Origin: Rebecca billardiae RCC1528
Lineage: Eukaryota; Protista; Haptophyta
Assembly: GCA_965240325.2 (NCBI GenBank)
Contig: OZ251236.1
Coordinates: forward strand, 1-64,000
DNA: 64,000 nucleotides
Direction: 5' to 3'
In this document: positions 1 through 15,400 of the stretch, piece by piece
Numbering within the stretch: position 1 is the stretch's first letter
Layout: each line of letters begins with the position of its first letter
The notes under the pieces: generated by a model
What the model saw: only the letters and a program-made list of their open reading frames with translations
The model's database searches: none
What the model was told of the DNA's origin: nothing
Position numbers and translations under genes: made by a program

Positions 1-2229
<2,229 letters not shown>

Positions 2230-2267
2230 TGTGCGGCCCGCGTGAGAGTGATAACCGCATATTCACA

Positions 2268-2365
2268 TCCTCCAATTCCTCCCTCTCTCTTTCCTTTCTC
2301 CCTCTTTTTCCCTCCCTCTTCTCCCCCTTCTTCCTCCCTCTTCCTCCCTCTCTCTTTCCCTTTTC
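2268..2365 (+). repeat. Polypyrimidine (C/T) tract at the telomere junction
   Basis: About 95 nt almost entirely C/T, starting ~40 nt after the last telomeric repeat. Confidence 0.85.
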
Positions 2366-5300
2366 GCGCCGTCGCAAAGTTAAAAATGGAGTCCACCCCC
2401 GTTATAAGGGGCCTGCCCACAAAAATGTACGGCCGGCTCCGCCGGCGCCGGCATGAATAACTGAATTTGGCTGGGCGGCGATGGGCGATGGCGGCGTGGC
2501 CTCGCGAAAGCCATCGCCGCCTCCCGCGACAGCGCAGCCGCGCGCGAGGCGGCCGGCCGGGCAGCGGCGGCGAGGGCGCGCCCATGCCGCCCTCGCCATG
2601 CGCGCCGCTCGCCGGCGCGAGCCCGTGCGAGGCCGACGACCTCGCCACCATCGGCGCCGGCGGCCCGCGGCCGCGGCCGCGGGCGCGCGGGCGCCCGGCA
2701 GCCAGCCGCGAGCGCGGCGTGCGGCGCGGGCGCGCGCGAGGGCGGCGCCGCCGAGGCGCGCGCGCTCGGGCCAACCGGCGGTGCACGGCGCGCGGAGGCC
2801 CGGCGCGGCTCGTCCTCGTCGGGCGCGCGCGCTGCGCGTAGCCGTGCTCGGGTGCGGCCGCGCAGGCGGGGGCGGCGCCACGCGCCCGTGCCGCCGCGCG
2901 CCGGGCTCGCGGTGCCAGCGCTCGACCGGCTGGCCGCGGGGCCGCCGCCCTCGCCGCCGCGGGGCGCGCCGAGGCGGCGCAGCGACGCGGCAGTCGCTTC
3001 GGCCCGGCCGAGGGCGCGACCGGCGCGAGAGAGGGGGAAGGGACGGAGACGGTAGACGCTCGCGCAGCGCCTGCCGGCAGGCGCCCGCCTGCGAGCGGCG
3101 CCGAGACGGAGGCCGTGGCGGCGCGCGAGTGCGGCTCGGCGGCGCCGAGCGCCGCGTCGCTCGGAGAGCCGCCACGCCGCGCAGCGGCATGCGCGTCACA
3201 GAGCGTGCGTGCAGTCGCGGGCAAGAGGACAGTCCAAGCGCGCAGCACGCACCCCGCGCGAAACCGCAGTGCGCAGGCTGCTGCTCGTCGGCGCGAGCCT
3301 CGCCTGCCAGGCCGCTGCGGCCCGAGCCGCGACGCCCGGCGGTCGCGAGCCGCCACGCGGCGCGCAGCCACGCCTGCGCCGAGGCAGTGAGCGCGCACGC
3401 GCGCGTAGCGGACGAGGAGCACGCATACGCGCGTGCGCGCGTGGCTGACCCGCCGGCACCTCCCGCCGTTGCGCCCGTCTGCAAAGCGAGACCCACCCCG
3501 CGGAGAACTCGGGCTGCCATGCTGATTCGCGAACAAGCGACGGAATTCGGGAGCGCGACGAGGGAAAAAAGCACCGCCCTGCGACCCACGCAAAAAAAAA
3601 ACAGCCCTCGGTCTGCCAGCATGGCGGCCCTCGTTCAAGACTCAAGGGCTCAAGGCGGACGTCGTGCTGTCCGGCGCGCACGCACGCCGACTCAGCGCGA
3701 CTCAGCGGTGCGCGAGAGGGGCCACGCGCCGCCGAGCACCATGCGCTCGGTGCACCCCCTCCGGCTCGCACCGCCCCACCCGTGGCCCTTGCGACTGCGC
3801 CCCCGACGCGAGCGCACTGCCCGCTCGCTCGGCCCGCGCTGAAAGCAAACGCTGCCGGCTGCGCGCGGCCGCGCGAGCGCACGGCCGAGCGGCCGAGCGC
3901 GCTTGCTGGGGGGATGCACTCGCGTCTCCGCCACTCGCACGCACGACGCCGCGCAGTGCGCGGTGCCCGCCAGCCACGCGTGAACAGCTGCCAAGTCTGC
4001 GCGCAGAGCTCGGCCGCGGCGCGCGCGCGGCTGTTGAAAATGAAGGCTGCGCGACTCCTGCTCGCCACCGCCGACTCGCGGTGATCATGCGCGCCGGAGT
4101 GTGCGCTCGTCTCGACCGCCACGCACCACGGCAAGGGACGGCCGCTCCCTCGAAGCGAGGCGCGTGCGTGAGCGTGCGCAGCGCGGCCGTGATGGCGCGC
4201 ACCAGAGGCAGCTCGGACGGGTGGAGGATGGGGGCGCGGGGGCGGGGGCGGGCTGGGCCGGTGCGTTGCGCCAGCCCTGACCGCTGCTCGCCGCCGCGAC
4301 GGTCGCGCTCGACAGTGCTTCGACAGTGCTCGTCTCGGCCGCCGCGGCAAGGCGCGCGTGTTCAATTGACGCGAGGCGCGCGCGCGCCCAGCCGCACCGC
4401 AGTGGGACGGCCGTGCACAGATGAGCTGGCGCTCACGCGTGATGAGGAGCGCCCTGATGCTTGCCGCTCACTACGCAGCCCACAAGGCGCAGGCTTGACG
4501 ATGGGTAAGATGGGGGGCCGGGCGGGGGCAGCTTCGACCGGTGCGAGGCGCTGGGCCGGCTGCGGCCCTCCACATCCGCAGCGCCCGGCCGCGCGGCCCG
4601 CCTCTCCGGCGCGGCCCAGCCAGCAGCGCTCGGCTGTAGCTGCCACAGCAGCAGCGCCCGGCAGGCGGCGCCGCGCGCGCCGCGCGATCTGCTCGGGCGC
4701 GGAGCGGCAGCCTCGGCGCCGCAGGAGCGTGCGCGGCGGGGCTCACAAACACCCCGCCGCGCAAGAGCCGCGCAATTGGCAGCCGTGACGCGCCGCTCGG
4801 CGCGGCTGCACTCCCGCCCTGACTGGGCCGCCCTTGCTGCACGCTGTGATGCCCTCGCGGGCGTGGCCCGTTCACCCACCAACTCGGCCATCCAATGGGC
4901 CAGATTGCCCGCGCACAGCCATGCTGTGCTGCGCCCCGCGAAGCGCAACAGCACCTAGCCAGCCACAACGGCGCAAGCCAGCTGCAGGTTTAGCAGAGAG
5001 AGGTGCCACCTCTCTCGGCTGCAGTTGCTGAGTGGTCCGCGGGACACTCGCAGGCCGCGCTGCGACAGAGACCACAAATGGCGGCGGTGGGCGGCGACGC
5101 GGGGGATGGCTGCTGATTCGACGGTGTGCACAAAGCAGCCAAGGCTCGTCGATAGACGCCCGCCATCGCCGCCTGCCCGAACCGCCCGGCGCGGCTATCG
5201 GACGGCCCGCGCCGCTCGCCGGAGGCAGGTCGGATGGCGAGTGAGACTGGGCTGGGACAGATAAGCACCTTGGGCTCGTGCGAGGCGCAGGGGCGGATAC

Positions 5301-8300
5301 GGCGCTCCACGTACGCGCCGCCAGGCGCACGACCGCCTCGTCCGACGCGGGCTCGCGCCCATCTTGCGCCGCGGGATGCAGACTCGTGGGGAGAGGCCAT
5401 GCTGATTCGCGCGCAGCCGCGACCAACGGTCGTCGGTGACGTACTGACGTCGCGAAAAAAAGATTACCAACGACCGATATATTCCAGGCGAGAGAAAAGT
5501 CAACTGGGCCGCGGAAGCCAGCATGTCGGCGCCGCTTCCCGGCCGTCCGCCGGAGGGCGGCTCTCGTGCGCGTCGCGTGCGCGCGCACGGCGGCCCAGTG
5601 GAGCGCGAGGGGATCCACGCGCCGTCGAAGCACGCGCCCGGAGCGCCTCGGCCAGCTCACCACGTCCCACGCGCTGCCATCGCGACAGTGCGCGGCGGCG
5701 CGAGCGCACCGCCACTCCCCTCGCTCGGCCGCGCTGCCACGCAAACGCAGCCGGCCGCGCGCGGCCGCGCGGGTGCACTGCCGAGCGGTCGAGCGCGCTT
5801 GCTGGGGGGATGCACTCGCGTTTCCGTCGCTTGCACGACGCCGCACAGTGCGCGGTGCCCGTCAGCAACGCGTGAACAGCTGCCAAGTCTGCGCGCAGAG
5901 CTCGGCCCGGCGGCGTGCGCGGCCGTCCAACATAGAGACTGCTCTTCTGCTGCTCGCCACTGCCGACCCACGCTGACCGCGCTGGGGTGTGCTCGTCTCG
6001 ATCGCCACGTGCACGCGTCCCTGTAAGGGGCGGCCGCGCCTTCGACGTGAGGTGCGTGCGCGACCAGCGGCATGCAGCAGCTCGGCCAGTAGGCCGCTCG
6101 CGGCCTTGATGGCGAGCACTGGAGGCAGCTCGGACGAGGTGGAAGATGGGGGCGCGGGGGCAGGGGCATCTGAGCTGGTGCGCGGCGCCAGCCACGTCCG
6201 CGGCGCGCTCCCGCCACGCCGCTGCCGAGCAGCACGCGCTGCGGTCGCTCGGCTGGCTCGCACCGCCCCACGCGCTGCCGTCGCAGCGCCCGCGCGGGCG
6301 CGCGGTGGACAGCCCGCGACGACAGCGCGCTGCCCCAGGCCCAGCATCGGTACGGCCGCAACAGCCCGAGCCTGGGGCACGGGCAGCCCGTGCGGGCCCG
6401 CGCGGGCATAGTCGCGGGATGCCACGCCTCGACCTCGGCCGCGGCGCCGCGTGCTGCGCCGAGGTCAGGCGAGCCCAGCCGAGCAGCACTGGACGCGGGC
6501 GCGCCTGGCATCGCGCGCTCGGCGCAGCCGGCTCTGGACGCACTAGCCTCGGTGCTGCAGCCGCAGCCCGAGGCTGGCTCGCGGTCGTCGCGTGCGCCCT
6601 CGTGCGGGCAGCCCGTTGGGCTCCACGCCTCGCGCTCGGCTTGAACGCCGCGTGCTGCGCCGCGGCTCATCGCACCTCGCCAGCCAGGCCAGCAGCTGCC
6701 GCATGGTGTGAGCACTCGGCGCAGGCCGCGCGCGGCAACTGCGACCACTACAAATGGCGGCGGCGGGCGCGGGCGCGGGCGATGGCTGCTTGACTTGACG
6801 ACGCGCAAGACGCAGCCAAGGCTCGCCAGTAGGCGCCCGTCGTCGCTCGTCCGCCGCCCAACCCGCCATCCCCCGAGGCCGTCCGACTGCACGCGCTGAG
6901 GGCGGCCGGGCTGCCGGCTGGACCGAGCACTGGCGCTGAGTCTCACGCTGGCGCGGTGGCACAGGGGCTGGCCGTGTGACGTATGCCTCCAAGACGCATG
7001 CCTTCGCGTCTGGCACCGGAGGGCGCGCGCGCGCCGAGCCCTGCGTGCTCGCCGCCGGCGCACGCCGGCGGCGAGCCGGAAGCCGCGCCGCCGCGGGCCG
7101 CGCGCTCAGCGGCGGCACTCTTTGCGCGCGGCGGCACTCGCGGTCTCGAACAGCGGTGCAGCGCGCGACTCGCCGGCTGTGCGAGCACGCGCTCGCCCCG
7201 CACGCCGCCGCGCCGCCTTGAGCGTGCTGTGAGCGCCAACGACACACACAAAGCACGTGCCAACCGCCGCCTCGGCAGCCATGCTGGCTGCTCCGCGGCC
7301 GCGGAAAGACGAACGCCCAGACGACCACTCACAGATTCGTTTCGTCAGCGGCCGCCAGCCCGGTAGAAAGAGCGATGGCGGCATCGCCTCCGGGCGCGGG
7401 CGGCGCCTTCACCGCTCCGCCCGCGCCCGCTCGCGCGACTGCAGGCGCGCGCGGTCGCGCACGGGCCGGGGAGGCGCGAGCCGCAGCAAAGACGCGTCAC
7501 CCGGCGCCCGGCGCGCACCCGCCCGCGCGCCTGCTCCCAGCGGGGCGAGCGCTGCGCCGCGGCGGTCGCGGCCGGCATGCAGAGCTATGTACACCCTAAC
7601 CGCAAGGGAGCAAGCCACACGCCGGGCACGCGTACGCAGCCCCGCGCAGTGGCGCGGGCGCAGCGCTGTCAACCCATCGCGCACTCATGCGCCCGCCACC
7701 CGCGTACCGCTCGCGCCGCGCCGCGCCGGAGCGCGCGCGCGCGTGGCGGCCGGCGGCCGAGTGTGCCGGCCGCCGCGGGCGTCGGGCGTGGGAACACAGC
7801 CACGGCGCATGCCGCCGGTGCGGCAGACCGCGCATGGGCGGGTGCGCACGCGACGGATCACGTGCGTGTACTACGCGGCCCCGCGCCAGCCCGTGGCGCT
7901 CCGGCCGCGCGCCGGCCCGCTTCACGCGCGGCCGCATCGCACGAGCGCAATGCCGACCGCGAGCCGTCGCCGCGGCCGCGCCTTCGCAACGGCAGCGTAC
8001 GAGCCGTCTCGCGATGAGCTGGACACGATGCATTCGCGCTGCACGCCGCGTGCCCGCCGCGCAGCGCGCCCTCGCGCCCTCTTGCCGCGCCCAAGTCGCT
8101 GCGGCGATGCGACGTGCTCGTGCGCCAGTGCGGAAAGGCCGGACGGCCCTCCCCTCCATGCTCCTTCCGTGGATACAGTTTCAGTTTGTGGGGGTCGGTA
8201 ATGGGGGTAGCACGTTGGACCAATGACGACAGTGACGAAGCACCCGTGGCGCAGCCTGGCGCCGCGGGTAGCTACCATGCGGCGTTGCACTACACGTGGC

Positions 8301-8949
8301 GGCGCACCCGGGCGCAGAGGCGGGCTTGAGGACGGGTCGGTATCGCGCGCGTGGTGCGGGCAGCGCGCGTGCGCTTCGGCCCCTCTCCTTGCACGCTCGC
8401 CGCCCCCGGCGCGGGTGCAGCCCCGCAGCGTGTGATGGCTCGCGGCCAGCCGATTGTCGCCAGGCTCGCGTGCTGCCGGCGTGCGCGGCGCGAGTCGGCG
8501 AGAAGCCTGCACCATGTAGGCTGTCGCGCGTCAGACGCGCGCGTATATGCCACCCTTCTCGTGCGCACCCGGCCAAGCGCCCTCCACCGCATATCCGCCG
8601 CGCGTGCCCTGCCGCCTGCTGCGTGCTTGGCATATGAGAGGCAGCGCCGGGGCCGAACCAACAGTCGTCGGTCGGCGATCGCCATCCAGCTTGCGCGCGC
8701 TGGGCGAGCGGCACACGGTTGCCGCTCACTACGCGCACAAGCTGCAATTTGGACGAAGAGTAAGATGGGGGGCCGGGGCGGGGGCAGCTTTGACCAGGGC
8801 GAGGCGCTGGCACGGCCCTTGGCGCTGGGACGGTCGTGGCACTGCATAGCTGGCGCGCGCCGCGCTTCAAATCGGTAGTGGTGCGCTCGGGGGAGCAGAT
8901 GACTAGCTATGGCTGGATCCGCCTCGAAAGCAGCATCATCATTCCAACC

Positions 8950-9860
8950 TACCGAGCCGAGTCCTCCGACGGCCAGCCACACCGCTTGTCAGGGCGGATG
9001 CCGCCTCGCAGCGAGCTGAGGCCTCGCGCGCACCGCAGCGCGGTCGCAGCGCCCAACCACCGCCTCCGAGCCGACCGCGCGAGCGCCGCGCTGCAAATCA
9101 TCTGTGCGCCAAAGCGAGTTGAGGCGCCGGGTGGATCCGCCTCTAGAGACGCGTTCCGACCGACCGAGTCGACCCCCTCGACGGTCAGCCACGCCGTCGG
9201 TTAGAGCGGACGCCGCCTCGCCGCGAACGGAGGCCTCACGCGCACGGCCGCGCGGTCGCAGCATCCAACCACCGCCCACGAGCCGGCCGCGCGCGAGCGC
9301 AGCGCTGCAAAAGAAGCAGTGATGCACCAATGCGAGTCGAGGCGCCGGGTCGATCGGCCTCTAGAGACTTGTTCCGACTGACCAAGCCGACCCCCTCGAC
9401 GGTCAGCCACGCCGCTTGTCAGAGCGGACGCCGCCTCGCCTTCGATCATCTGAGGCCTCACGCGCACCGCCGCGTTGGCGCGGCGCCCAACCACCGCTGT
9501 CGGGCCGACCGCGCGAGCGCCGCGCCGCGAATCATCAGTGCGCCAAAGCGAGTCGAGGCGCCGGGTGGATCGGCCTCGAAAGACGCGTTTCGACCGACCG
9601 AGCCGACCCCCTCGACGGTCAGCCACGCCACCAGTTAGAGCGGACGCCGCCTCGCCGCGAACGGAGGCCTCACGCGCACGGCCGCGCGGTCGCAGCGCCC
9701 GACCACCGCTGTCGAGCCGACCGTGCGAGCGCCGCGCCGCGAATCATCAGTGCGCCAAAGCGAGTCGAGGCACTGGGTGCACCGGCCTTTAAGGACACGT
9801 TCCGACCGGCCGAGCCGAGCGACCCCCTCGACGGTCAGCCACGCCGCCAGTCAGAGCGGC
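8950..9860. repeat. ~216-bp tandem satellite, 4-5 units
   Basis: Anchor GACCCCCTCGACGGTCAGCCACGCC at 9171, 9389, 9605 and 9821, with a degenerate copy at ~8961. Confidence 0.9.
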
Positions 9861-10799
9861 CGCAGCATCGGGCGCCGTCAGCTGAGGCGTCTGGGGGACG
9901 TGGTGAGGCCTCCGTACACGGCCGCGCCGCGCCGGGTTAGAGCAGCTGCATTCAGCAGCTGCTGCTCACCAGGGTCGGGTAAGACGAGATGGGAGATGGG
10001 GGGCCGGGGCGGGGGCAGCTTCGAACAGTACGATGCGCTGGGATGGCAGTGGGGTGCCCTGCGTCGCACCCGGCGCACGGCCGCGCCGCCGTCCGACGCC
10101 CGCCGCAGCCTCGGAGAGCAGCCACGCACCATGCAGCGGCATGCGCGGTGCAGAGCGTGCGTGCAGCCGCGGGCAAGAGGACAGTCCGCGCGCGCAGCAC
10201 GCACCCCCGCGCGAAACCGCAGTGCGCAGGCTGCTGCTCGTCGGCGCGAGCCTCGCCTGCCAGGTCGGTGCAGCCCGAGCCGCGACGCCCGGCGGCCGCG
10301 TAAATTACGCCACGCCGCGGGCAGCTACTCCTGCGCCGAGGCAGCGAGCGCGCACGCGCGTGCGTGCGCACGACCAGGTGCAGGTTGGCCGAGCGTCAGA
10401 TGGGGGGCCGGGGCGGGGGCAGCTTTTGCCTTCAGAGTGCCACGCGCTGGGACCGGGCGGCTGCGGTGCTCACCACGTGTGCGTCTGCAGATTCGTGGCC
10501 GTTCATATGACTCTGCTCGGGTCCCTGATCGGCTGGGGTCCGGGGCCCAGTCGTAGGGGACCGGACACGCCGCGCCTCGCCGCGGCGCTGGCAGGTCGGC
10601 CGACTATACTAGTTACGCGCGTAGTGCTGAGACTCATGAGGCGTGAGCTATACTGGCCCGGCCCCCACCACAGGCGCGTGATGAGCAGCGCCGTCAGATT
10701 GCGCTGCTGCGAGTAGTACGTGAGATCAGCACGAGCAGCAGTCGTCATCATCACATCGATCACTGCTTGGCGCGCTGCCGACTGCGGGAGAGAGAGAGA

Positions 10800-11227
10800 T
10801 AGAGGGGTCAGAGCCCCACTGTGGCGTGTGTGGCCCAAAATCCAACTTTCTGTCGTCTTGAGATGAGGCTCTCAAACTTCGGGATGTCAATATTCGCCTG
10901 AAATGACCTGGGGTCACGCTGACAAGTTTTGCGAAAAAATGTCACATACTGGAGATATACGATCTCAATCTCGACGCGATCTCGGCAACATCAGTAGGGG
11001 AGATACACGATCTCCAAGGTGATCTCGCTATTTGCACCAGAATCGCACCTGCTAGATCACATTTTGACAGTCTGAAATTGGCACAGGCGGATTCTACACC
11101 CTGGAATTAAGCCTAAACGAACTTAAACGGACTCAAACAGTTATAAACTGAGGAGATATTTCATATTTCCAGATTTCGGGAGATTGTGTCACTCGGGAGT
11201 GTAACGGTCGGAGCTCTGACCCCACTA
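10800..11227. mobile_element. MITE-like element inside a (GA)n tract
   Basis: TAGAGGGGTCAGAGCCCC (10800-10817) matches the reverse complement of 11210-11227 at 16/18. TA at both ends, AT-richer interior, (AG)n on both flanks. Confidence 0.7.
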
Positions 11228-11597
11228 AGAGAGAGAGCCAGAGAGAGAGAGAGATACAGGCAATCGCGGGCAATAAGAAGTCAGAGATCTCACGGCTGGC
11301 CTCGGTTTCTTAGCCGTTCGGTAGCCCGAGCGCCTACGGAGTCTCAGTTTCTTAGCTAGGTCCGCCCGCCGCGCAGGCGCGGGGGGCGCAGGGGGGCAGA
11401 GCCCCCCGCTGAGTCTTTAGGCCCGGCCGGCGAGGCCGACGAAAATTTTGGGCCTTTTTGGAGCAAATCTGGCATGATGTTGCATGGATGCTGCGGTGCA
11501 CTGGCCAGGAGTCAGTCATCAGGAGAAGTCGGGACTTGGCCTGTACTCGTAGTCGGGCCGCGCGCCGCGTCCCCGACGGGCCGACTGCGCCTCGCCG

Positions 11598-12440
11598 CAC
11601 CTTGAATGGCCCCAGTGGGCGGAAATGGCCACATCTCCCGGAGATTGCGTGTACCCGCACGTGCGAGTAAAGTTTCGTCGGGATTTTCAGCAATTTCATT
11701 GGAGGAGGGTGCCTCACTCTATTGTCCAAACTTGCATTTTCGGGATGTGAAGCTGTAAGTGTTTCGCCTTGCGGAGTAGCGCAGCCGCCAATCCGTCCAA
11801 TGGGAAGCCAGCTCGGGCTTCGCTCAATGAAAAATGATCACATCGGCCCCCGCGAGCCCCAATCGGAAATAGATGCTCGCTCCGTTCCACTTCGCGAACG
11901 TCGGTATCTCGCCGTCTCGTGGTGGGCGAGGGGCGGAGCTGAGTGGTTGGGGCTGCGGCGCGGACTGCGATGCTGGGCTGCTGACGTTCTCCGCGCGGGA
12001 TATCTGAGGGGCACGCGAGCTGTATGTAGGGCACGCCTTGCAAACAATCTCCCCGCTGTACGTGCAGGTCATGCTAGCGTCCTCCGCGCCAAAAGAACCT
12101 GCTTGTTCTTGCGCGAGGCCCGAGTCCGCGGCACTGGTCGCTGCTCGCCGCAAGCTGGCACGCGTCAGCGTCTACACATTCACGATTCGGTGGTCATCGT
12201 GCGCCTGAGGACGGGGGCGATCTACTGAGTGCGCTGCTAGATGAGCAGGCCCGCGTAAGGTTAGATCACCCTGCTCCTCACGCCTTGCGCGCACCTTGGG
12301 TTGCTTCCGTCACGCTTGAGGCGCTTCACGTCGCACGGGTCGGCGTAAGCTGTGTGTGTGATGCAAGCAGACGTCTTCCAAGCCTGGCTTGTACCCGATG
12401 GGAGAGCATACTTCTATCGCCTTCAGCCACCACCTTCTCC
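11598..12440 (-). mobile_element. Truncated inverted copy of the TIR element at 60474-61898
   Basis: Near-identical reverse complement of 61062-61898; begins with CACCTTGAATGGCCCCAG. Confidence 0.85.
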
Positions 12441-15400
12441 TATACATAAAGGATGCGCGACTCCTGCTCGCCACCGCCGACCCGCGGTGATCATGCGCGC
12501 CGGAGTGTGCGCCCGACTCGACCGCCACGCACCGCGGCAAGGGACGGCCGCTCCCTCGAAGCGAGGCGCGTGCGCGAGCGTGCGCAGCGCGGCCGTGATG
12601 GCGCGCAATGGATGCAGTTCGGACGAGGTGGAGGATGGGGGCGCGGGGGCGGGGGCGGCTGAGCTGCTGTGTTGCGCCAGCCACGGCCGCGACGCCCTCG
12701 CGCCACGCGCCGCCGACCTAGCATGCGCTGCGCTCGCTCGGCCGGCCCACCCCGCGCGCTGCCATCGCGCCCGGCCGGTGCCGGCCACGCGCGCGCTGCC
12801 GCCGACACAGCGTCGATGCGGCCGCGATAGGTCGAGCCTGGGGCGCGGGCAGCCAGTGCGGGCGCGCGCGAGCACGCCGCGGGGCGCCACGCCTCGATCT
12901 CGGCTGCGCCACCGCGTGCTGCGCCCAGGTCCGACGAGCCCAGCCCAGCCGCACGCCGCGGCGTGAGCTCGCCGGCGGCGCCAGTCGGCACGGCTCCGGA
13001 CGCAGCCTCTGACTCGCAGCCTTCGCCAGAGCCTGGCTCGCGGTCGTCACGTGCGCCCTCGCGCGAGCAGCCCGCGGGGCTCCACGCCTCGCGTTCGGCT
13101 TGACCGCTGCGTGCTGCGCCGCGGTTCATCGTACCTTGCCAGCCGGAAGGCAGAGGCCAGCAGCTGCCGAGTGTAGTCGGAACTCTCGGCGCAGGCCGCG
13201 CGCGGCAACTGCGACTACACATGGCGGCGCGGCGGGCGCGGGGGATGGCTGCTTGGCTAGACGACGCGCACGATGCAGCCAAGGCTCGCCAACAGGCGTT
13301 CGTCATCGCCGACCCGCCGCCCGACCAGCCCCTCCCGAGGCTGTCCGACTGCACGCGGGCGGCCACCATAAGCCAGACGCGAGTGGCGATGGCGTGACTT
13401 CCAGCGCGGTGGGACAGGGCAAGGCCCGTCGTGCCACTGCTGCTCGCCACCGCTGAGGACCCGCGATGGCCACGCTCAAAAGGGCTCGGCTCGGCCGCCA
13501 CGCGCGCGCGGCGCGGCAAGGCGCGCCCGCTCCTTCGACGCGAGGCAGGCGTATGTGGGGCGGCCGTGCGCCGATGATATGCTAGCGCTCACGCGCGGCG
13601 CCGGGCCTGGTCGTCGCAGCGGCTGCCCGCTCACTACGCGCACCAGGTGCAGCTTGGACGAAGGGCAAGATGGGGGGCCGGGGCGGGGGCAGCTTCGACC
13701 GAGGCGTTGGGCGGACGGCTGCTGCGCTGCACGTGCTCCCGGCCGCGCTGCCCTGCCCGCCTCCGGGGCGCGGGCGTTTTTGCGTCTGCGACGTGAGCCC
13801 ACTCAGCAGCACTAGGCTTCAGCAGCACTCAGCGGGCGCCCAGCTCGAGCGCGGCGTGGCCACGGCGGCCGGCGGGAGCGCGCACAGCGTGACGCAGGCT
13901 CACACACACACAAGCCTCGCCGCGCGAGAGCCGCGCCATCGGCTGCCGCGACGCGCTGCTCGGCGCGGCTGCCTGGCTACGCTCCAGCCGCCCTGACTGG
14001 GCAGCCCTTGCTGCGCGCGGGGATGCCCTCGCGGGCGTGGCCCGTTCACCCACCAATTCGGCCATCCAACTGGCCAGATTGCCCGCGCACAGCCATGCCG
14101 TGCTGCACCACGCGAAGCGCAACAGCACCTAGCCAGCCACACAGGCACAAGCCAGCTGCAGTTGCTGAGTGGTCCGCGGGACACTCGCAGGCCGCGCTGC
14201 GACCGAGACCACAAATGGCGGCGGCGGGCGGAGGCGCGGGCGATGGCTGCTGACTAGATGATGTGCACGATGATGCAGTCAAGGCGCGTCGATAGACGCC
14301 CGCCATCGCCGCCTGCCCGCCCAAACCGCACAGCGCGGCTATCGGACGGTCCGCGCCGCTCGCCGGAGGCAGATCGGACGGACGGCGAGCGAGACATGGG
14401 GCCGGGGGGCACCTTGGGCTGGTGCGAGGCACAGGGGCGGTTGCGGCGCTCCACGTACGTACGTGCCTCCCGGCGCACGACGGCCCCGTCCGACGCGGGC
14501 CCATCCGCGCCGCGGGATGCAGACTCGTGGGGCGAGGCCATGCTGATTCGCGCGCCGCCGCGACCAACGGTCGAGACGTCGCGAAAAGATTCAATCCGGC
14601 CTCGGAAACCAGCATGGCGGCGCTTCATCCACGCCACCCGCGGGGGGCGGCTGTCGTGCGTGCGCACGCCGGCGCAGTGGTCCGCGAGGGGATCCACGCG
14701 CCGTCAAAGCACGCGCGCCTCGGCCAGCTCACCACGTCCCACGCGCGGCCATGGCGGCGGCGCGAGCGCACAGCCGGCCCCTCGCTCGGCCGAGCTGCCA
14801 CGCACACGCTGCCGGCTGCGCGCGGCGGCGCGAGTGCACTGCCGAGCGCTCGAGCACGCGTGCAGGGAGGATGCATCCGCATCTCCATCAATCGCACGCT
14901 CGACGCCGCGCAGTGCGTGGTGCCAGTCGGCAGCACGTGAACAGCTGCCAAGCCTGCGCGCAGAGCTCGGCCGCGGCCGTTCAACATGTAGACTGCGCTA
15001 CTGCTGCTCGCCACTGCCGACCCGCGCTGACCGCGCTCGAGTGTGCTCGTCTCGACCACCGCGCGCACGCGCCACGGCCAGGGGCGACCGTTCCTTGCAT
15101 GCGAGGCGCGCGCACGAGCAGCGGCACCCGCAGCAGCTGCGCGTCGGCCGCTCGCGGCCGTGATGGCGCGCACTTGGAGGCAGGTCGGACGAGGTGAAAG
15201 ATGGGGGCGCGGGGGCGGAGGCAGGCTGGGCCGGTGCGTTGCGCCACATACTGCCGCGACGCGCTCGCGCCACGCGCTGCCGAGCAGCATGCGCTGCGGT
15301 CGCTCGGTTGGCTCGCACCGCCCCACGCGTCGCCGTCGCGCCCGCGCGGGCACGCGATGAACAGCCGCGGTGGCGGCCACGCGCGCTGCCCCCGACGCAG

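Noticed and set aside
8950-9860. CRISPR-like array
   Set aside because: Whole units are homologous with no unique spacers; eukaryotic context with no cas genes.
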